Source: Nitrosopumilus sp.
Lineage (GTDB): Archaea; Thermoproteota; Nitrososphaeria; Nitrososphaerales; Nitrosopumilaceae
DNA length: 64,000 bases
NCBI GenBank assembly: GCA_965206745.1
Contig: OZ242220.1
Coordinates: 1,696,001 to 1,760,000, forward strand
Direction: 5' to 3'
Shown here: piece after piece, positions 1 to 9,930 of the stretch
Numbering within the stretch: the stretch's first letter is position 1
How the letters are laid out: each line of letters begins with the position of its first letter
Notes under the pieces: generated by a model
What the model was told of the DNA's origin: nothing
Seen by the model: the letters and a program-made list of their open reading frames with translations, nothing else
Database searches by the model: none
Program-made: the position numbers and the translations under genes

Positions 1-690
1 TTTTCCATACCATGATGAGGAGAAACTATATCTCCTGGTTTTATGGATGATTCAGTTATTTCAGAAATATCATCAAATTTGATAAATTCAGATTGCCATT
101 TTGTAACAAAGTTCTTGTCTACATCATCTTCAAATAATTCGATAATTCTTTTTGCATAAAATCGATGATCCATCAATGATTTAGTATTATAATATACATG
201 CAAATATTTATGTACATTTTCACTAATGCATGCTAATGCGCTTAAATTATACTTTTGAATTACAATGTATTGTTCTACTGATAAATTTTTAATATCTTTT
301 TGTAGCATCTGAATTCTATACATAGGATTCTTTATAGTTTTTTTAAGACTCAAGATCCTTTTATAGTCATATTTTGAAAATTTCAAAGAAGCAGAAACAT
401 TTGGATCAAAATCAGGATGCATTTCTAACAGTTCATAAATTTGGACTTTTATAGCATCAACTGTACGCAGATAATCAAAGACAACTTTATTCGTATATTT
501 CAAATTTTTTTCAAATATTTTTTCTATTTTTGGTTTGAGAGGATATGTGACTATCAATATAGTAAAAAGAGAAATAACAATAGTGTATCCGATAGAAAAA
601 ATTGTATCACCATGTGTAATAATAAAGGGTGGTTCCATCACAACATTACATTTACTGTCTTTTTTAGAGTTTGCAGCGAAAATAAAGCAC
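1..690 (-). CDS. Partial hypothetical membrane protein running off the left edge (start uncertain, possibly frameshifted)
   Basis: Hand translation gives an open minus frame (...FSIGYTIVISLFTILIVTYPLKPKIEK...LEMHPDFDPN...DIVSPHHGME) with no stop before base 1. AT-rich, one TM-like segment. Confidence 0.45.
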
Positions 691-866
691 TTGGTGCAAA
701 TACAGTACTAAAAACAGATTCAATCAAACCAACAACAAATCATAGATGATTAGTTTTTTGTCAGACTAGTTTATGCATGATAAAATTCTAAAACACATTA
801 AAAGATACAGTAAAAATGCCTGAGCATCCTTTGGTCTGTCTCCCCAAGTCAGGCAGTTTTACACCA

Positions 867-1940
867 TCAAATGACACCATACAGCCTCAATTTTTCCTGC
901 ATACTAGTAGCATCAGCCTTTATCCCCTCTACCCCCATGGATTCAAGCAGCCTTACCGGCCCATCAATAGTCTTTTTTCCATGTGGAATCAAATCCCTCA
1001 ACGCATACAGTATGCCAAGCATTTTACCACCAAACCCGTATTTCCGTGCAAGAAACAGCAGCAGATCATAGTGTATTTCAGGATTCTTTGCAATGATTAC
1101 AGAAATTGCATCAATCCTTCTTGCGTCACCATGGAACATTATTGATGATATCACATGCTCCATACAAAACAGTCTTCCCTGTACAACTATAGATCCAAAC
1201 TCGGTATATCCAAACCTGGCAAGATTAAACACGATATCCTTTTCAGGTATCTTGGCAGGGCTGGTCTCCTGTGGAATGGCAGATATCCCGACTCTGTTGC
1301 TGTTCATATCTCTTACCTCCAGCCAAAAGTCCTGGGGGTGCATTACTGCAATTTTGTCATGTAACATCTCCCTGACTGTATTGCACTGGCCTGACTTTAG
1401 CAGGTCAAGGAATGCCCCATTCTCCAGTGTGAGATGGTCCACCCTTGTGTTGTGGTTCTGCTGCAGGGTTTCAGCTATTGCATGAATTTGGATCTTTGTC
1501 CTCTCTACTGCCTTTTCATCATTAGATGCCTTTAATTGAATCAGCATCTCTATCTTGTTTAGCTTTCTGTTCTTTTCGGGATACATCAGCAGTACATAAG
1601 ATATCAGGGGGACATTACGCAGACGCATGCCGGTATCCAGCATGAGCATCTGCATCTTTTGTCTGCCTTTCAGAAAATCATGCTTGCGCCTGAGTTCCAT
1701 CTCTGCAAGAATATCAGTTATTGTATAGTTGTCAAAGTTGAGTGCCACCAGAGATGACCTGCCAGCCTTGGTCAGCGTTAGAACCTTTTCCCCGTCAAGC
1801 TCCTTGATCTTTTCATGTGTGTTGGAATAATGGGTTTTGCCGTATATCCCATCAATGTTCTTTGTAATCTCATTAATCGACATGGGTATGCCCAGTCTTC
1901 GTGAGAGTATGTCCAGTATTCGATACGTTGCCTCATCCAT
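867..1940 (-). CDS. Winged-HTH protein with degenerate nucleotidyltransferase-like domain
   Basis: N-terminal wHTH pattern (SINEITK...YSNTHEKIKELDGEKVLTLTKAGRSSLVALN) typical of archaeal HTH-MNT fusions. The GS..DxD catalytic motif is not retained. Confidence 0.55.
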   Translation of the reverse strand: MDEATYRILDILSRRLGIPMSINEITKNIDGIYGKTHYSNTHEKIKELDGEKVLTLTKAGRSSLVALNFDNYTITDILAEMELRRKHDFLKGRQKMQMLMLDTGMRLRNVPLISYVLLMYPEKNRKLNKIEMLIQLKASNDEKAVERTKIQIHAIAETLQQNHNTRVDHLTLENGAFLDLLKSGQCNTVREMLHDKIAVMHPQDFWLEVRDMNSNRVGISAIPQETSPAKIPEKDIVFNLARFGYTEFGSIVVQGRLFCMEHVISSIMFHGDARRIDAISVIIAKNPEIHYDLLLFLARKYGFGGKMLGILYALRDLIPHGKKTIDGPVRLLESMGVEGIKADATSMQEKLRLYGVI

Positions 1941-2095
1941 GATATTTGATAGTATAGTAATTTGCTATAATATTATAGTTTTTGAGTATATACTGTGCCA
2001 GAATCATAGATGAGGTCATGGCAATAAACTAGCAGGTACTCTCATGCAAACCATATTACGCGATACTTAAGTGCAATTGGCTACTGAATCGGGTA

Positions 2096-3124
2096 TTGGC
2101 ATATGTCGTGCTTGTGCTACTGGCAGTATTGGCAGCTGGAGTTTTGGCGCCTGCATTTGCAGAATATATATCTCCTGCCAAACAGGTGCGTGATGGCATA
2201 CCATTAAACCAAATTCAATGTAATAATCAAAGAATTCTTCTCGAATCGCCTGCTGGCAGACCTGCATGCGTGTTTGTCGGTACTGTTGAAAAGCTATCTC
2301 AACGCGGATGGAATGTTGTTTTTTTTCTAAAACCTGCAACTGACACGCCAACTGACATAAAATCAATTTACAAAGAATTGCCATCATTGGTAGAAATGCT
2401 AGCAACAGATAAAAAAACAATACCGTTACAAAAAATACGCGATGAGCTGCTAATGCTTTCAGAATTGACAGAGAATTCAGGATTAGATGAGAGTATAGCT
2501 GGAACAGACTATGAAAATATAATGGCCACAGGTAATACCCACATAAAAAGTGAACTGAGTCTATGCAATAAACCCCTAACTAATCATAATAATGCTACAT
2601 TATTATCTTGCACTTACATTTTAGCTTTTGTAAGAAATGTAGAATTTAATCATTTATACGAAGTGATGAGTGAAAAATATGAGGCTGATCCAACATATGT
2701 TGATAATGCAAGCAACTATACACTTGACATTCGGGATTATACAAGTGTCCGTGATCCATCATACATTTATGAAACAGGCAATTATACAGATCCACGGGCT
2801 ATAGAAAGACTACATAATTATTCTGATAGCATTAAACGATTCGACAAATATGCAAAATTTTACTTGAAATATAACGATCTAATGAAGGATATCAATAATA
2901 GAGTACGGGGATGGGAAGCGGAAACAAAATCCAAGGTTGTTGAAACATTTTATGATAAAGCCGAGGAAGTAAAGGATTTAACAGTGAGAACAGGACTTAA
3001 AAATGCAATAAAAAGTTGTGATATACACAATTGGTTATATGTCTATGACAAACAAACGCTAAAATTTTCAGAACTGCTCACGTGTCTTAGGGATGCAAAT
3101 GAGAAATACGGTAATAGTGAATAA
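2096..3124 (+). CDS. Secreted protein with N-terminal thaumarchaeal SP.KQ..C..PACV..RGW domain
   Basis: Signal peptide ending AFA, then ISPAKQVRDGIPLNQIQC...PACVF...RGW. The same module occurs in 41726 and 43922. Confidence 0.75.
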   Translation: MAYVVLVLLAVLAAGVLAPAFAEYISPAKQVRDGIPLNQIQCNNQRILLESPAGRPACVFVGTVEKLSQRGWNVVFFLKPATDTPTDIKSIYKELPSLVEMLATDKKTIPLQKIRDELLMLSELTENSGLDESIAGTDYENIMATGNTHIKSELSLCNKPLTNHNNATLLSCTYILAFVRNVEFNHLYEVMSEKYEADPTYVDNASNYTLDIRDYTSVRDPSYIYETGNYTDPRAIERLHNYSDSIKRFDKYAKFYLKYNDLMKDINNRVRGWEAETKSKVVETFYDKAEEVKDLTVRTGLKNAIKSCDIHNWLYVYDKQTLKFSELLTCLRDANEKYGNSE

Positions 3125-3189
3125 TCAAAAATAGTGGGAAACCAGATTATAGTGGGATTATCCTACGACATGCCTTGAATCATGAGAGA

Positions 3190-3414
3190 ATTACGAAAAG
3201 CTTAAAGCAGTTTATGAGAAAATGAAATCTGATGGCAGAATCCCTTGATGACAGGCCCCCTCTGGAACCGCCTATAATTTACTATGACGAGGAGTTCCAC
3301 CCTGTCGAAAAACGTGAGGATGCAGCCTGGGAGAGAAAACTTGTCAGAGATGAGGAAGACGGCGAATTGGCCTTTGAGACTCTGCGAATCGATATGGAAT
3401 TTAACGAATAATTC
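3190..3414 (+). repeat. 225-bp direct repeat, copy 1 (copy 2 at 17708-17932)
   Basis: Aligns base for base with 17708-17932 at offset 14518; the 3' half is nearly identical. Confidence 0.95.
3232..3411 (+). CDS. Small acidic protein, 59 aa (below ORF-track cutoff), copy 1
   Basis: MAESLDDRPPLEPPIIYYDEEFHPVEKREDAAWERKLVRDEEDGELAFETLRIDMEFNE*. Frame and length are conserved in copy 2, with synonymous changes. Confidence 0.7.
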   Translation: MAESLDDRPPLEPPIIYYDEEFHPVEKREDAAWERKLVRDEEDGELAFETLRIDMEFNE

Positions 3415-3586
3415 TCCAAACACAACAAGATACTTCCAAAAACCTCACATTTTACTTCTTTATAGATACCACACAGTAAGAATCTCAAATGGATAATCCT
3501 ACCAAAGAAGACTACATGGAGATGGAGAAACAAAAGAATGCCATGGAGCATTGAAAATCTCAATAAAGAATGGATGTTATTTTTTA

Positions 3587-5170
3587 TCACCGTGATATCA
3601 ACAGTGCAGGATCAGACGGAGGGCATGTCTCATCAGCTAATTTGTAATTACGGGTTTTCTTCATGCATACTATTTCATCATCCACTGGTTCAGGCGAGTT
3701 CCAGAGGTAGTTGCCTCCCAAAGGATGTATGGTAAGCTCTTTGAGATATTTTATTGGAGAGTGTACGGTCTGGTTGTAATATAAGGCATAGTCTTTATCC
3801 CTGTACGAGAATCCAGGCGTCGTCTCAAGAACATGGACGTCATCGATGTGTGGCAGTCCCAAGAGGGCTGCCCTGAATGCATCGTGCGGGTCTGCAGTGT
3901 CTGGCACATACTGCAATCCATAGTATGCCAAAACTTTGGCAAACTCTTTGCGTTTTTGCTCAGATAGTTCGGGTGTCTTTTGTGCCCATTTTCTGTCCAT
4001 GAGGGTCTGTGCAGTGTCTGGCATCACACATGCGCCGTGCGGATCCTCAGAAGACTTTGCAACCAGGACCATCGGTGCGCGACACCATCCCACTTCAGGG
4101 TAATTTTTCGTATACGTGTATTGGTTATTCATCTTTAGAGGTATCTCTATCTCAAGTGTCGCATTACGATATGTCACCAGTCCCTTGGCATCAGGTTCAT
4201 CGTATCGTAGATGGTACTCATAGTCAGGTTCTGGAATCTGCCCATACTCCTTGAGATAGTCCTGATCGTACATCTCATGGTACCACTCTGATGCCTCCTC
4301 CAGTATCTCATCATGGCTCAGCTCAGGCCACCCGTGTTCTGTCATGTTTACCATAACTGAAAGGCAGGCATGCGGCAGACGCAAACAGGGAATCGGAGTG
4401 ACTTTGCCGTTGACTAGTATGCCCCCATCATATTTTTGTGCATCAGGCTCAAAAAAGTTAGGTGTATCAGGCTCAAAAAAAGTAGGTGTATCATGAACTT
4501 TCAGGTTTATAGATGGACTGTATATGCCCTCTACCCTGAGATTTAATGTCAAATCATGTGGCCTATAGTCAGGCACTACAACCATCGCACCATATGTACT
4601 AATGTCAAATCCTCGATATCCCTGGTCAGTCAGAATTGTGATTCGTCCGCGCCAATCGTCAGGATAAGATCCCATAGATTCAAAAGGATTTGATGAAAAA
4701 GGATCGGTGTTATAATAGCTAGAAAAATGTATAAATCTCGTGAATGGATCCCAAAATTTTCCATTTGCTGCTTGATCACGTGTTCTATAATCTTCTCCTG
4801 CTATAATGTAATCCCTGTCTGCATACTTGCATGTACTAGTCCAATGTGGCACCTGATCCCCGTGCATTATCAGGGTCTCACCTACTCCCTGACTGACTAA
4901 AAGTTGGGCATCTCCGTACCGATAAACAGATGTGCCATTTACATCCAGGGATTTATTAGGATCTGCAAGTTCATATACAAATTGATCATATTCTGAATCT
5001 ACCATTGGTCGAACTATGTCGTGACATCCGTATCCACTTGCAAATCCGTCAAACCTGTCGGGCATCTCAAAGCCTGCAACACGGGGGCGATCTATTACCC
5101 ACAACGGCAGTTCAGCATGTACTGCAGGCACAAATGCCAATATCAGCAACATGCAAAGTATTAGATGCAT
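3587..5170 (-). CDS. Secreted hypothetical protein with internal C..ACV..W module
   Basis: Likely start MHLILCMLLILAFVPAVHA (signal peptide). Internal WCRAPMVLVAK...GACVMPDTAQTLMDRKW and a short PTFFEPDT/PNFFEPDA duplication. Confidence 0.7.
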   Translation of the reverse strand: MHLILCMLLILAFVPAVHAELPLWVIDRPRVAGFEMPDRFDGFASGYGCHDIVRPMVDSEYDQFVYELADPNKSLDVNGTSVYRYGDAQLLVSQGVGETLIMHGDQVPHWTSTCKYADRDYIIAGEDYRTRDQAANGKFWDPFTRFIHFSSYYNTDPFSSNPFESMGSYPDDWRGRITILTDQGYRGFDISTYGAMVVVPDYRPHDLTLNLRVEGIYSPSINLKVHDTPTFFEPDTPNFFEPDAQKYDGGILVNGKVTPIPCLRLPHACLSVMVNMTEHGWPELSHDEILEEASEWYHEMYDQDYLKEYGQIPEPDYEYHLRYDEPDAKGLVTYRNATLEIEIPLKMNNQYTYTKNYPEVGWCRAPMVLVAKSSEDPHGACVMPDTAQTLMDRKWAQKTPELSEQKRKEFAKVLAYYGLQYVPDTADPHDAFRAALLGLPHIDDVHVLETTPGFSYRDKDYALYYNQTVHSPIKYLKELTIHPLGGNYLWNSPEPVDDEIVCMKKTRNYKLADETCPPSDPALLISR

Positions 5171-5319
5171 CAATTTACCATTCCTTGTCCATCTGAGCCA
5201 TGATGCTCGGAGAATATGCAGATACGAATAAGGCAGATACAACAAACAAAATGGCAATTTTGGGGCCACGCATCAGTGTGGTTCATCACAAACTAGTATT
5301 TATGCTAGAATGAAAGATG

Positions 5320-5469
5320 CACCGTTTAATTGAATGGAGGTTTCACTCCTCTGCAAAGTCAGAGTGGTTTGAGTACACTCTACATGTGGGATGACTAGAG
5401 TATACAGTGACAAGTTGAAAACCTCGCCTATTATACGGGTGAGTGAAAATACCACTTGACTTAGCAGTG
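5320..5469. mobile_element. About 150-bp MITE (family B), full copy
   Basis: Reverse-complement homolog of 31996-32142, with ends CACCGTTTAA...TTAGCAGTG. Confidence 0.75.
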
Positions 5470-5507
5470 CAATTGATGGTTTATTTGGATTATTGAAACC
5501 TGAGAAT

Positions 5508-6194
5508 CTATGACTTGGGTAGTTTTTTCTTGGAATCTATATCTTTTGTAACAGAACGTTTTTGCGGTGGAATAGACCATTTCCAATATCTGTATAATAA
5601 CAACAAAGAAATAGTTAATATCAAAATAGATCCATAGATTACCTGATCATTAATTATTCCAATCTGATTTTGTAATAACGAATCAAATATTACAGGTACA
5701 GCTACAAAGAAAGCTAGCCAAAATAGTATCGTTTTAGTTAAACTCCTTCCCAACGCAATATTGAATTTGTAATTGTTTTCTTTTCTATAATGTTCTTTTA
5801 GCTTGATAACATCCCATATCATAAACAATGTAAATAACGCGATTATCCAATTTAAGAAATGATCTCTAAATCCATTTTCAAGGTCCACTGAAGATATTAA
5901 TCCGAAATAACAAAATAAAATTGCAAGATCTAGTGAGAATCGTAACGCCCCAAACCTTGTATTTGTATGTGGCCATTTTATCATAGAGCGTGAATATCCC
6001 ACCCATCCTGAAATTATAGCAACGTATGCAAGAAAAAGTTCAAGACTAGGAATTATCGAACTAGTATCTGCTAGAAATCCACTTTCTGGATTTATAAATA
6101 TCTGCTTGGCAGAATCGTACGAATTTGTAATTATTATAGCAAATATAAAATGACATATATATGAAAAAATATCTGCAGGCTTCTTAGGGATCAA
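5508..6194 (-). CDS. Multi-pass membrane protein, AT-rich
   Basis: 228-aa ORF with about 6 hydrophobic segments. Confidence 0.75.
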   Translation of the reverse strand: MIPKKPADIFSYICHFIFAIIITNSYDSAKQIFINPESGFLADTSSIIPSLELFLAYVAIISGWVGYSRSMIKWPHTNTRFGALRFSLDLAILFCYFGLISSVDLENGFRDHFLNWIIALFTLFMIWDVIKLKEHYRKENNYKFNIALGRSLTKTILFWLAFFVAVPVIFDSLLQNQIGIINDQVIYGSILILTISLLLLYRYWKWSIPPQKRSVTKDIDSKKKLPKS

Positions 6195-6284
6195 GTACGA
6201 TTTACAATCATGAAAAGGCTATTAATGTATAGTTGAAACTAAAAAAAAGTAATGTATTTAGCATATGACTAACTATTGTGAAAC

Positions 6285-6494
6285 ATGTCTATGTTTACGA
6301 TTTTAAAAAATCTCAAAAATTATGAATTTGTATGTAAAAGAAGAAATCATCATGAACCATACCATGAAGATGAATCAGACTTTTTGTCTAATTCAAAATT
6401 CCCCAAGATTACTTATTGTGTTGATTGTGGTTTTGCTTTGGAATTAAAACTAGATGAGGATGACCCTGAATCTTATTGGATTCAAGAAGTATAA
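6285..6494 (+). CDS. Small Zn-binding protein
   Basis: C..H and CVDCG motifs, 69 aa, AT-rich TATA-like box upstream. Confidence 0.55.
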   Translation: MSMFTILKNLKNYEFVCKRRNHHEPYHEDESDFLSNSKFPKITYCVDCGFALELKLDEDDPESYWIQEV

Positions 6495-6879
6495 TTACAA
6501 TTTTTTTTAGTATGAGGTTTCACCTATTCTCACAATTTTATCAACAAGCGTCATGATCCATCAACCATGACTATACAGTCATCAAGTGCAGTCGACCTGC
6601 AAACAGGGAATCTTGGGATTGCCGTGCAACAATCCAACGATATGACAATCCGACAAAAGAGCCAAATGGACAAGTATACTGCAATGATTACACAATTACA
6701 AGGAACAAACAACATGCCAAGTTAAATTGTTACAAAAATCTAGCTTTATGACCTGAGCATCTACACATGGAGGACACACAGGAAAAGCATCGCAGATGAG
6801 GTTACGGGGATGATTTGGCAGGTGGCCTCATACATAATTTAGGGTATCATTTTTAAACAGGATTTGGACAATCAGAAAC

Positions 6880-6999
6880 ATGGCAGCCAAAAAAATAGCA
6901 ACCAAAAAAATAACAATGAGGTTGGAGGAGATTGAAGATTTTACCGCAAAAGAAGCTTTTGAGGAATGGAAAAGTCTCGGCACAAAGAAACGATCCTGA
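6880..6999 (+). CDS. Small hypothetical protein, 39 aa
   Basis: MAAKKIATKKITMRLEEIEDFTAKEAFEEWKSLGTKKRS*, with TTTTAAA about 25 nt upstream (leaderless archaeal spacing). Confidence 0.35.
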   Translation: MAAKKIATKKITMRLEEIEDFTAKEAFEEWKSLGTKKRS

Positions 7000-7109
7000 T
7001 CTGTTTTTTCTCTAGTCACCGATTAATGTTTAAGAGTACAATATCTAATAAAATATCTATCTGATTCTCTGGAATAATCTTTAAATAAAATAGATCATTC
7101 CACACTTCA

Positions 7110-7862
7110 TTGAAGAGATCCATCCTGTACATTGCAGTCTCACTGGCAGTAATTATCGGTGCAGGCGCATGGGTAATAATGTCACAAAACCCTGAATCTC
7201 CGGCTGAAATCTACATCGAGGAGAACGCTCTGGTCTATCACGGCGATATCAACGAGTCAAGCTATGAGAAGCTAAAGATGATGATGGATGAGAATCCGGG
7301 CATCGAAACCCTTGAGATAAGGTCACTTGGCGGGGACACCATAGCGGGCAAAAAGATTGCAAGGATGATATTTGAAGAAAAGCTCAACGTGGCAGTTGAT
7401 ACCATCTGTTTCTCATCGTGTGCCAACTACATATTTCCAAGCGGGGCACAGAAATTCATCCTAGAGGACGGCATTGTCGGCTGGCACGGCTCGGAACTAC
7501 AGTTTGAAGTCCTCGCAGAGATAATGGACAAGCCTGCCAGGGAGATCGTAAAGGAGATGGTACTCGAAGAGTCCCAGAGCAATCCTCTGTACCCTACCCC
7601 CACTGAGGAGGAGATAGAGGAGATATACCAGACGCTCGTAAAGGACCAGGAGGACGAGATAAGATTCTTTGAGATGATCAATGTGGATATAGATGTGACA
7701 CTAAACGGGCTGCGCCATATAGTTGAGAATGAGGAATGCATTGGGTGGGCCCACTCCATAGAGGACATGAACATGTACGGGATTAACGACGTGTTTTATC
7801 TCTCAGAGGAGTCATACCCTGACGAGTCAGCACTGTCCGAATACGGCATCTGCCTGATTTGA
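7110..7862 (+). CDS. Membrane-anchored ClpP/crotonase-like fold protein
   Basis: N-terminal TM; motifs YHGDI, IRSLGGD, CFSSCANYIF and VGWHG. Confidence 0.7.
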   Translation: MKRSILYIAVSLAVIIGAGAWVIMSQNPESPAEIYIEENALVYHGDINESSYEKLKMMMDENPGIETLEIRSLGGDTIAGKKIARMIFEEKLNVAVDTICFSSCANYIFPSGAQKFILEDGIVGWHGSELQFEVLAEIMDKPAREIVKEMVLEESQSNPLYPTPTEEEIEEIYQTLVKDQEDEIRFFEMINVDIDVTLNGLRHIVENEECIGWAHSIEDMNMYGINDVFYLSEESYPDESALSEYGICLI

Positions 7863-7944
7863 GCGTGAAATTTTACACGGTCCGGTTCCAAATATGGATG
7901 GCTTGGAAAAAGTTTCCATCTTGTACTGTACCCTAAAAGCAATG

Positions 7945-7998
7945 CACAGTTCAACTGAATCAAGGTTTCACTGGTGAATATTCTCCACATGCGGGATG
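7945..7998. mobile_element. Internally deleted MITE family B fragment
   Basis: CACAGTTCAACTGAATCAAGGTTTCAC...CACATGCGGGATGA resembles 5320-5395. Confidence 0.5.
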
Positions 7999-8013
7999 AA
8001 TAACAGTACCGAC

Positions 8014-9747
8014 TTATGCAGGATTCGAGATTCGTCCCATGAACAGGATCATTCCACTCTCATCATCCTGTATGACAAATAGAAATGGATGATCGGCGAT
8101 GAATTTGGGTGGGGGTGGGGGGGTGGGTGATACTGATTCAATTGTAGAAATAATAGTAGTTACAGCTGCCGCCTCGGTTCCTTCCTCATTTACCTTTACA
8201 TATGCATCTTGAACTGCCTCGGTTACATGCAGATTCCCACCGTTAGTGGATCCAATGCCTGATAAATCCGCATCACCACTAGAAAAAACATCAGGCATGC
8301 CCATTGCAGTCAGGTGATTACCTAATTTGTAATTTGTTCTTGTCTCAAATTTCGGAATCGAGACTATTACCTCCTGATTCCATAGGTTATCAGTCCACTT
8401 TTGTATCTGTTGGACCGACAGAGACTCTTCAAACTGTCTCATATCCGGATCGTCAGGTAAAATTACCAGCATGGATAACCGGTCACCCTCATATGGCATC
8501 TTTAGTACCTTGGCACCATCTGAATATACATAATTGAACATACTAACAACATTCATAAAATCTGTATTGACACTTTGCGTGTCATCTGTATAAAACTCTG
8601 ATTTTTTTGTATCCTCCTCTGCAAACTGTGTCAACCAGGTTCCCTTGAAATAGATTGCATTGTTTATCACCATTGCTGTATCTCCGTTTACATCACTTTT
8701 TCTTATTACCTCGGTAATCTTGCCGTGGGTTTTCTCAGCAGCCCAATCATTTATTCTATTTATACTGTCATCCTCATCTGAAAAGTTCACTGTCTGTGCA
8801 TCTGCAAGGTATGTGCTCCGTGTAATATCAAGATAGGATTCGTATGGTGCAAACCAGTTTGCAATCCACAGTGCGTTTGCCATATTTAGTGTTGCGTAAT
8901 CATCATCACGATTCAGTGAGGATAGTGCATGGGCTGTGGCGTTGTGTCGTGTGAGTATGTCTGATTCAAATCCAAAGATATCCTCCATCTGCTGTGCTGT
9001 GTTTTCTTTGGCACCCTCGTACAAAAGCGAGAATGCGACATACAAGCTGGCAGGCGAATAGAATATGTTATTGCCTTCTTCTGCATCCAGAATTTGCTTG
9101 TAAAAGTCGACTGCAAATTCATTGTTTGCAGAGGATATGGATTCTGGGATTGTCTGTGTCCCGTTCTGTGATACGGCATCTACTGTAACTAGGGCGTTTG
9201 GAGGTGGTGTTTGGCTCGGGGTAGTAGGAGACGAAGTGTATGTCTGTGGTGTTTGGCTTGGAGCTTCCGGAGACGAGGTGTCTGTCTGTGCTGTTTGGTT
9301 TGAATCTGCAGGGGATAGAGTATCTGTCTGTGCTGTTTGGTTTGAACCCAATTGCTTAACCGGTCCAACCAGCTCCACATGATACGGAATATCACCAAAT
9401 CGTTCCTTCAATCCTGTCATTACATCATTAAACGCATATTCACAATCTTCACATATTCCTATGTATAACGTATCTATTCCATCAATGCTCATGATACCTA
9501 ACATGTTGATAGGTACACCATCAAACACACTTGCAATAGGATCAGTACTATTACCATAGAATACATCACCCATAATGGCATCTGCTTGCAACAATTCATC
9601 AGATATCCCAACGCGTTCAATATAGACAGAATCTTCTTCAGGTATCGTTTGTACTGTTTGTACCGTCTGTACCATTGCTGTTAATCCTATAAACGAGATT
9701 GACACCAATACGGCTGTTAAAATTATTATTTTCTTACTAGATACCAA
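8014..9747 (-). CDS. Serpin 1 (membrane-anchored, extra N-terminal domain; predicted P1-P1' E-S)
   Basis: NIFYSPAS, NAIYFKGTW, hinge EEGTEAAAVT and FIADHPFLF..ILFMGRI serpin motifs. Confidence 0.97.
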   Translation of the reverse strand: MVSSKKIIILTAVLVSISFIGLTAMVQTVQTVQTIPEEDSVYIERVGISDELLQADAIMGDVFYGNSTDPIASVFDGVPINMLGIMSIDGIDTLYIGICEDCEYAFNDVMTGLKERFGDIPYHVELVGPVKQLGSNQTAQTDTLSPADSNQTAQTDTSSPEAPSQTPQTYTSSPTTPSQTPPPNALVTVDAVSQNGTQTIPESISSANNEFAVDFYKQILDAEEGNNIFYSPASLYVAFSLLYEGAKENTAQQMEDIFGFESDILTRHNATAHALSSLNRDDDYATLNMANALWIANWFAPYESYLDITRSTYLADAQTVNFSDEDDSINRINDWAAEKTHGKITEVIRKSDVNGDTAMVINNAIYFKGTWLTQFAEEDTKKSEFYTDDTQSVNTDFMNVVSMFNYVYSDGAKVLKMPYEGDRLSMLVILPDDPDMRQFEESLSVQQIQKWTDNLWNQEVIVSIPKFETRTNYKLGNHLTAMGMPDVFSSGDADLSGIGSTNGGNLHVTEAVQDAYVKVNEEGTEAAAVTTIISTIESVSPTPPPPPKFIADHPFLFVIQDDESGMILFMGRISNPA

Positions 9748-9859
9748 TGCAAATCAAACATTCTGAAAATATATAACAATGTCGAATGATTTGATCCTGA
9801 AGTTTGGGTGTATTGTTCAGATCACTTGTGGAAGAATTTGAGAACGCTCCAATCTGGCA

Positions 9860-9887
9860 AGTGAAACCTCCATTCAATTAAACAGTG
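9860..9887. mobile_element. MITE family B terminal fragment
   Basis: GTGAAACCTCCATTCAATTAAACAGTG is the reverse complement of the 5320 end. Confidence 0.75.
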
Positions 9888-9890
9888 TAC

Positions 9891-9917
9891 ATCTGATCAC
9901 TAATCTTGATCAGAGCC
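9891..9917. repeat. Half copy of 47-bp palindromic element (family A)
   Basis: ATCTGATCACTAATCTTGATCAGAGCC; the left arm is replaced by the MITE B end. Confidence 0.75.
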
Positions 9918-9930
9918 TATCAGTACAGAC

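Noticed and set aside
3202-3496. Track ORFs 3202..3423(-) and 3284..3496(+), and their twins at 17720 and 17802
   Set aside because: They are shadows of the 59-aa frame, which alone keeps its start, stop and synonymous substitution pattern.
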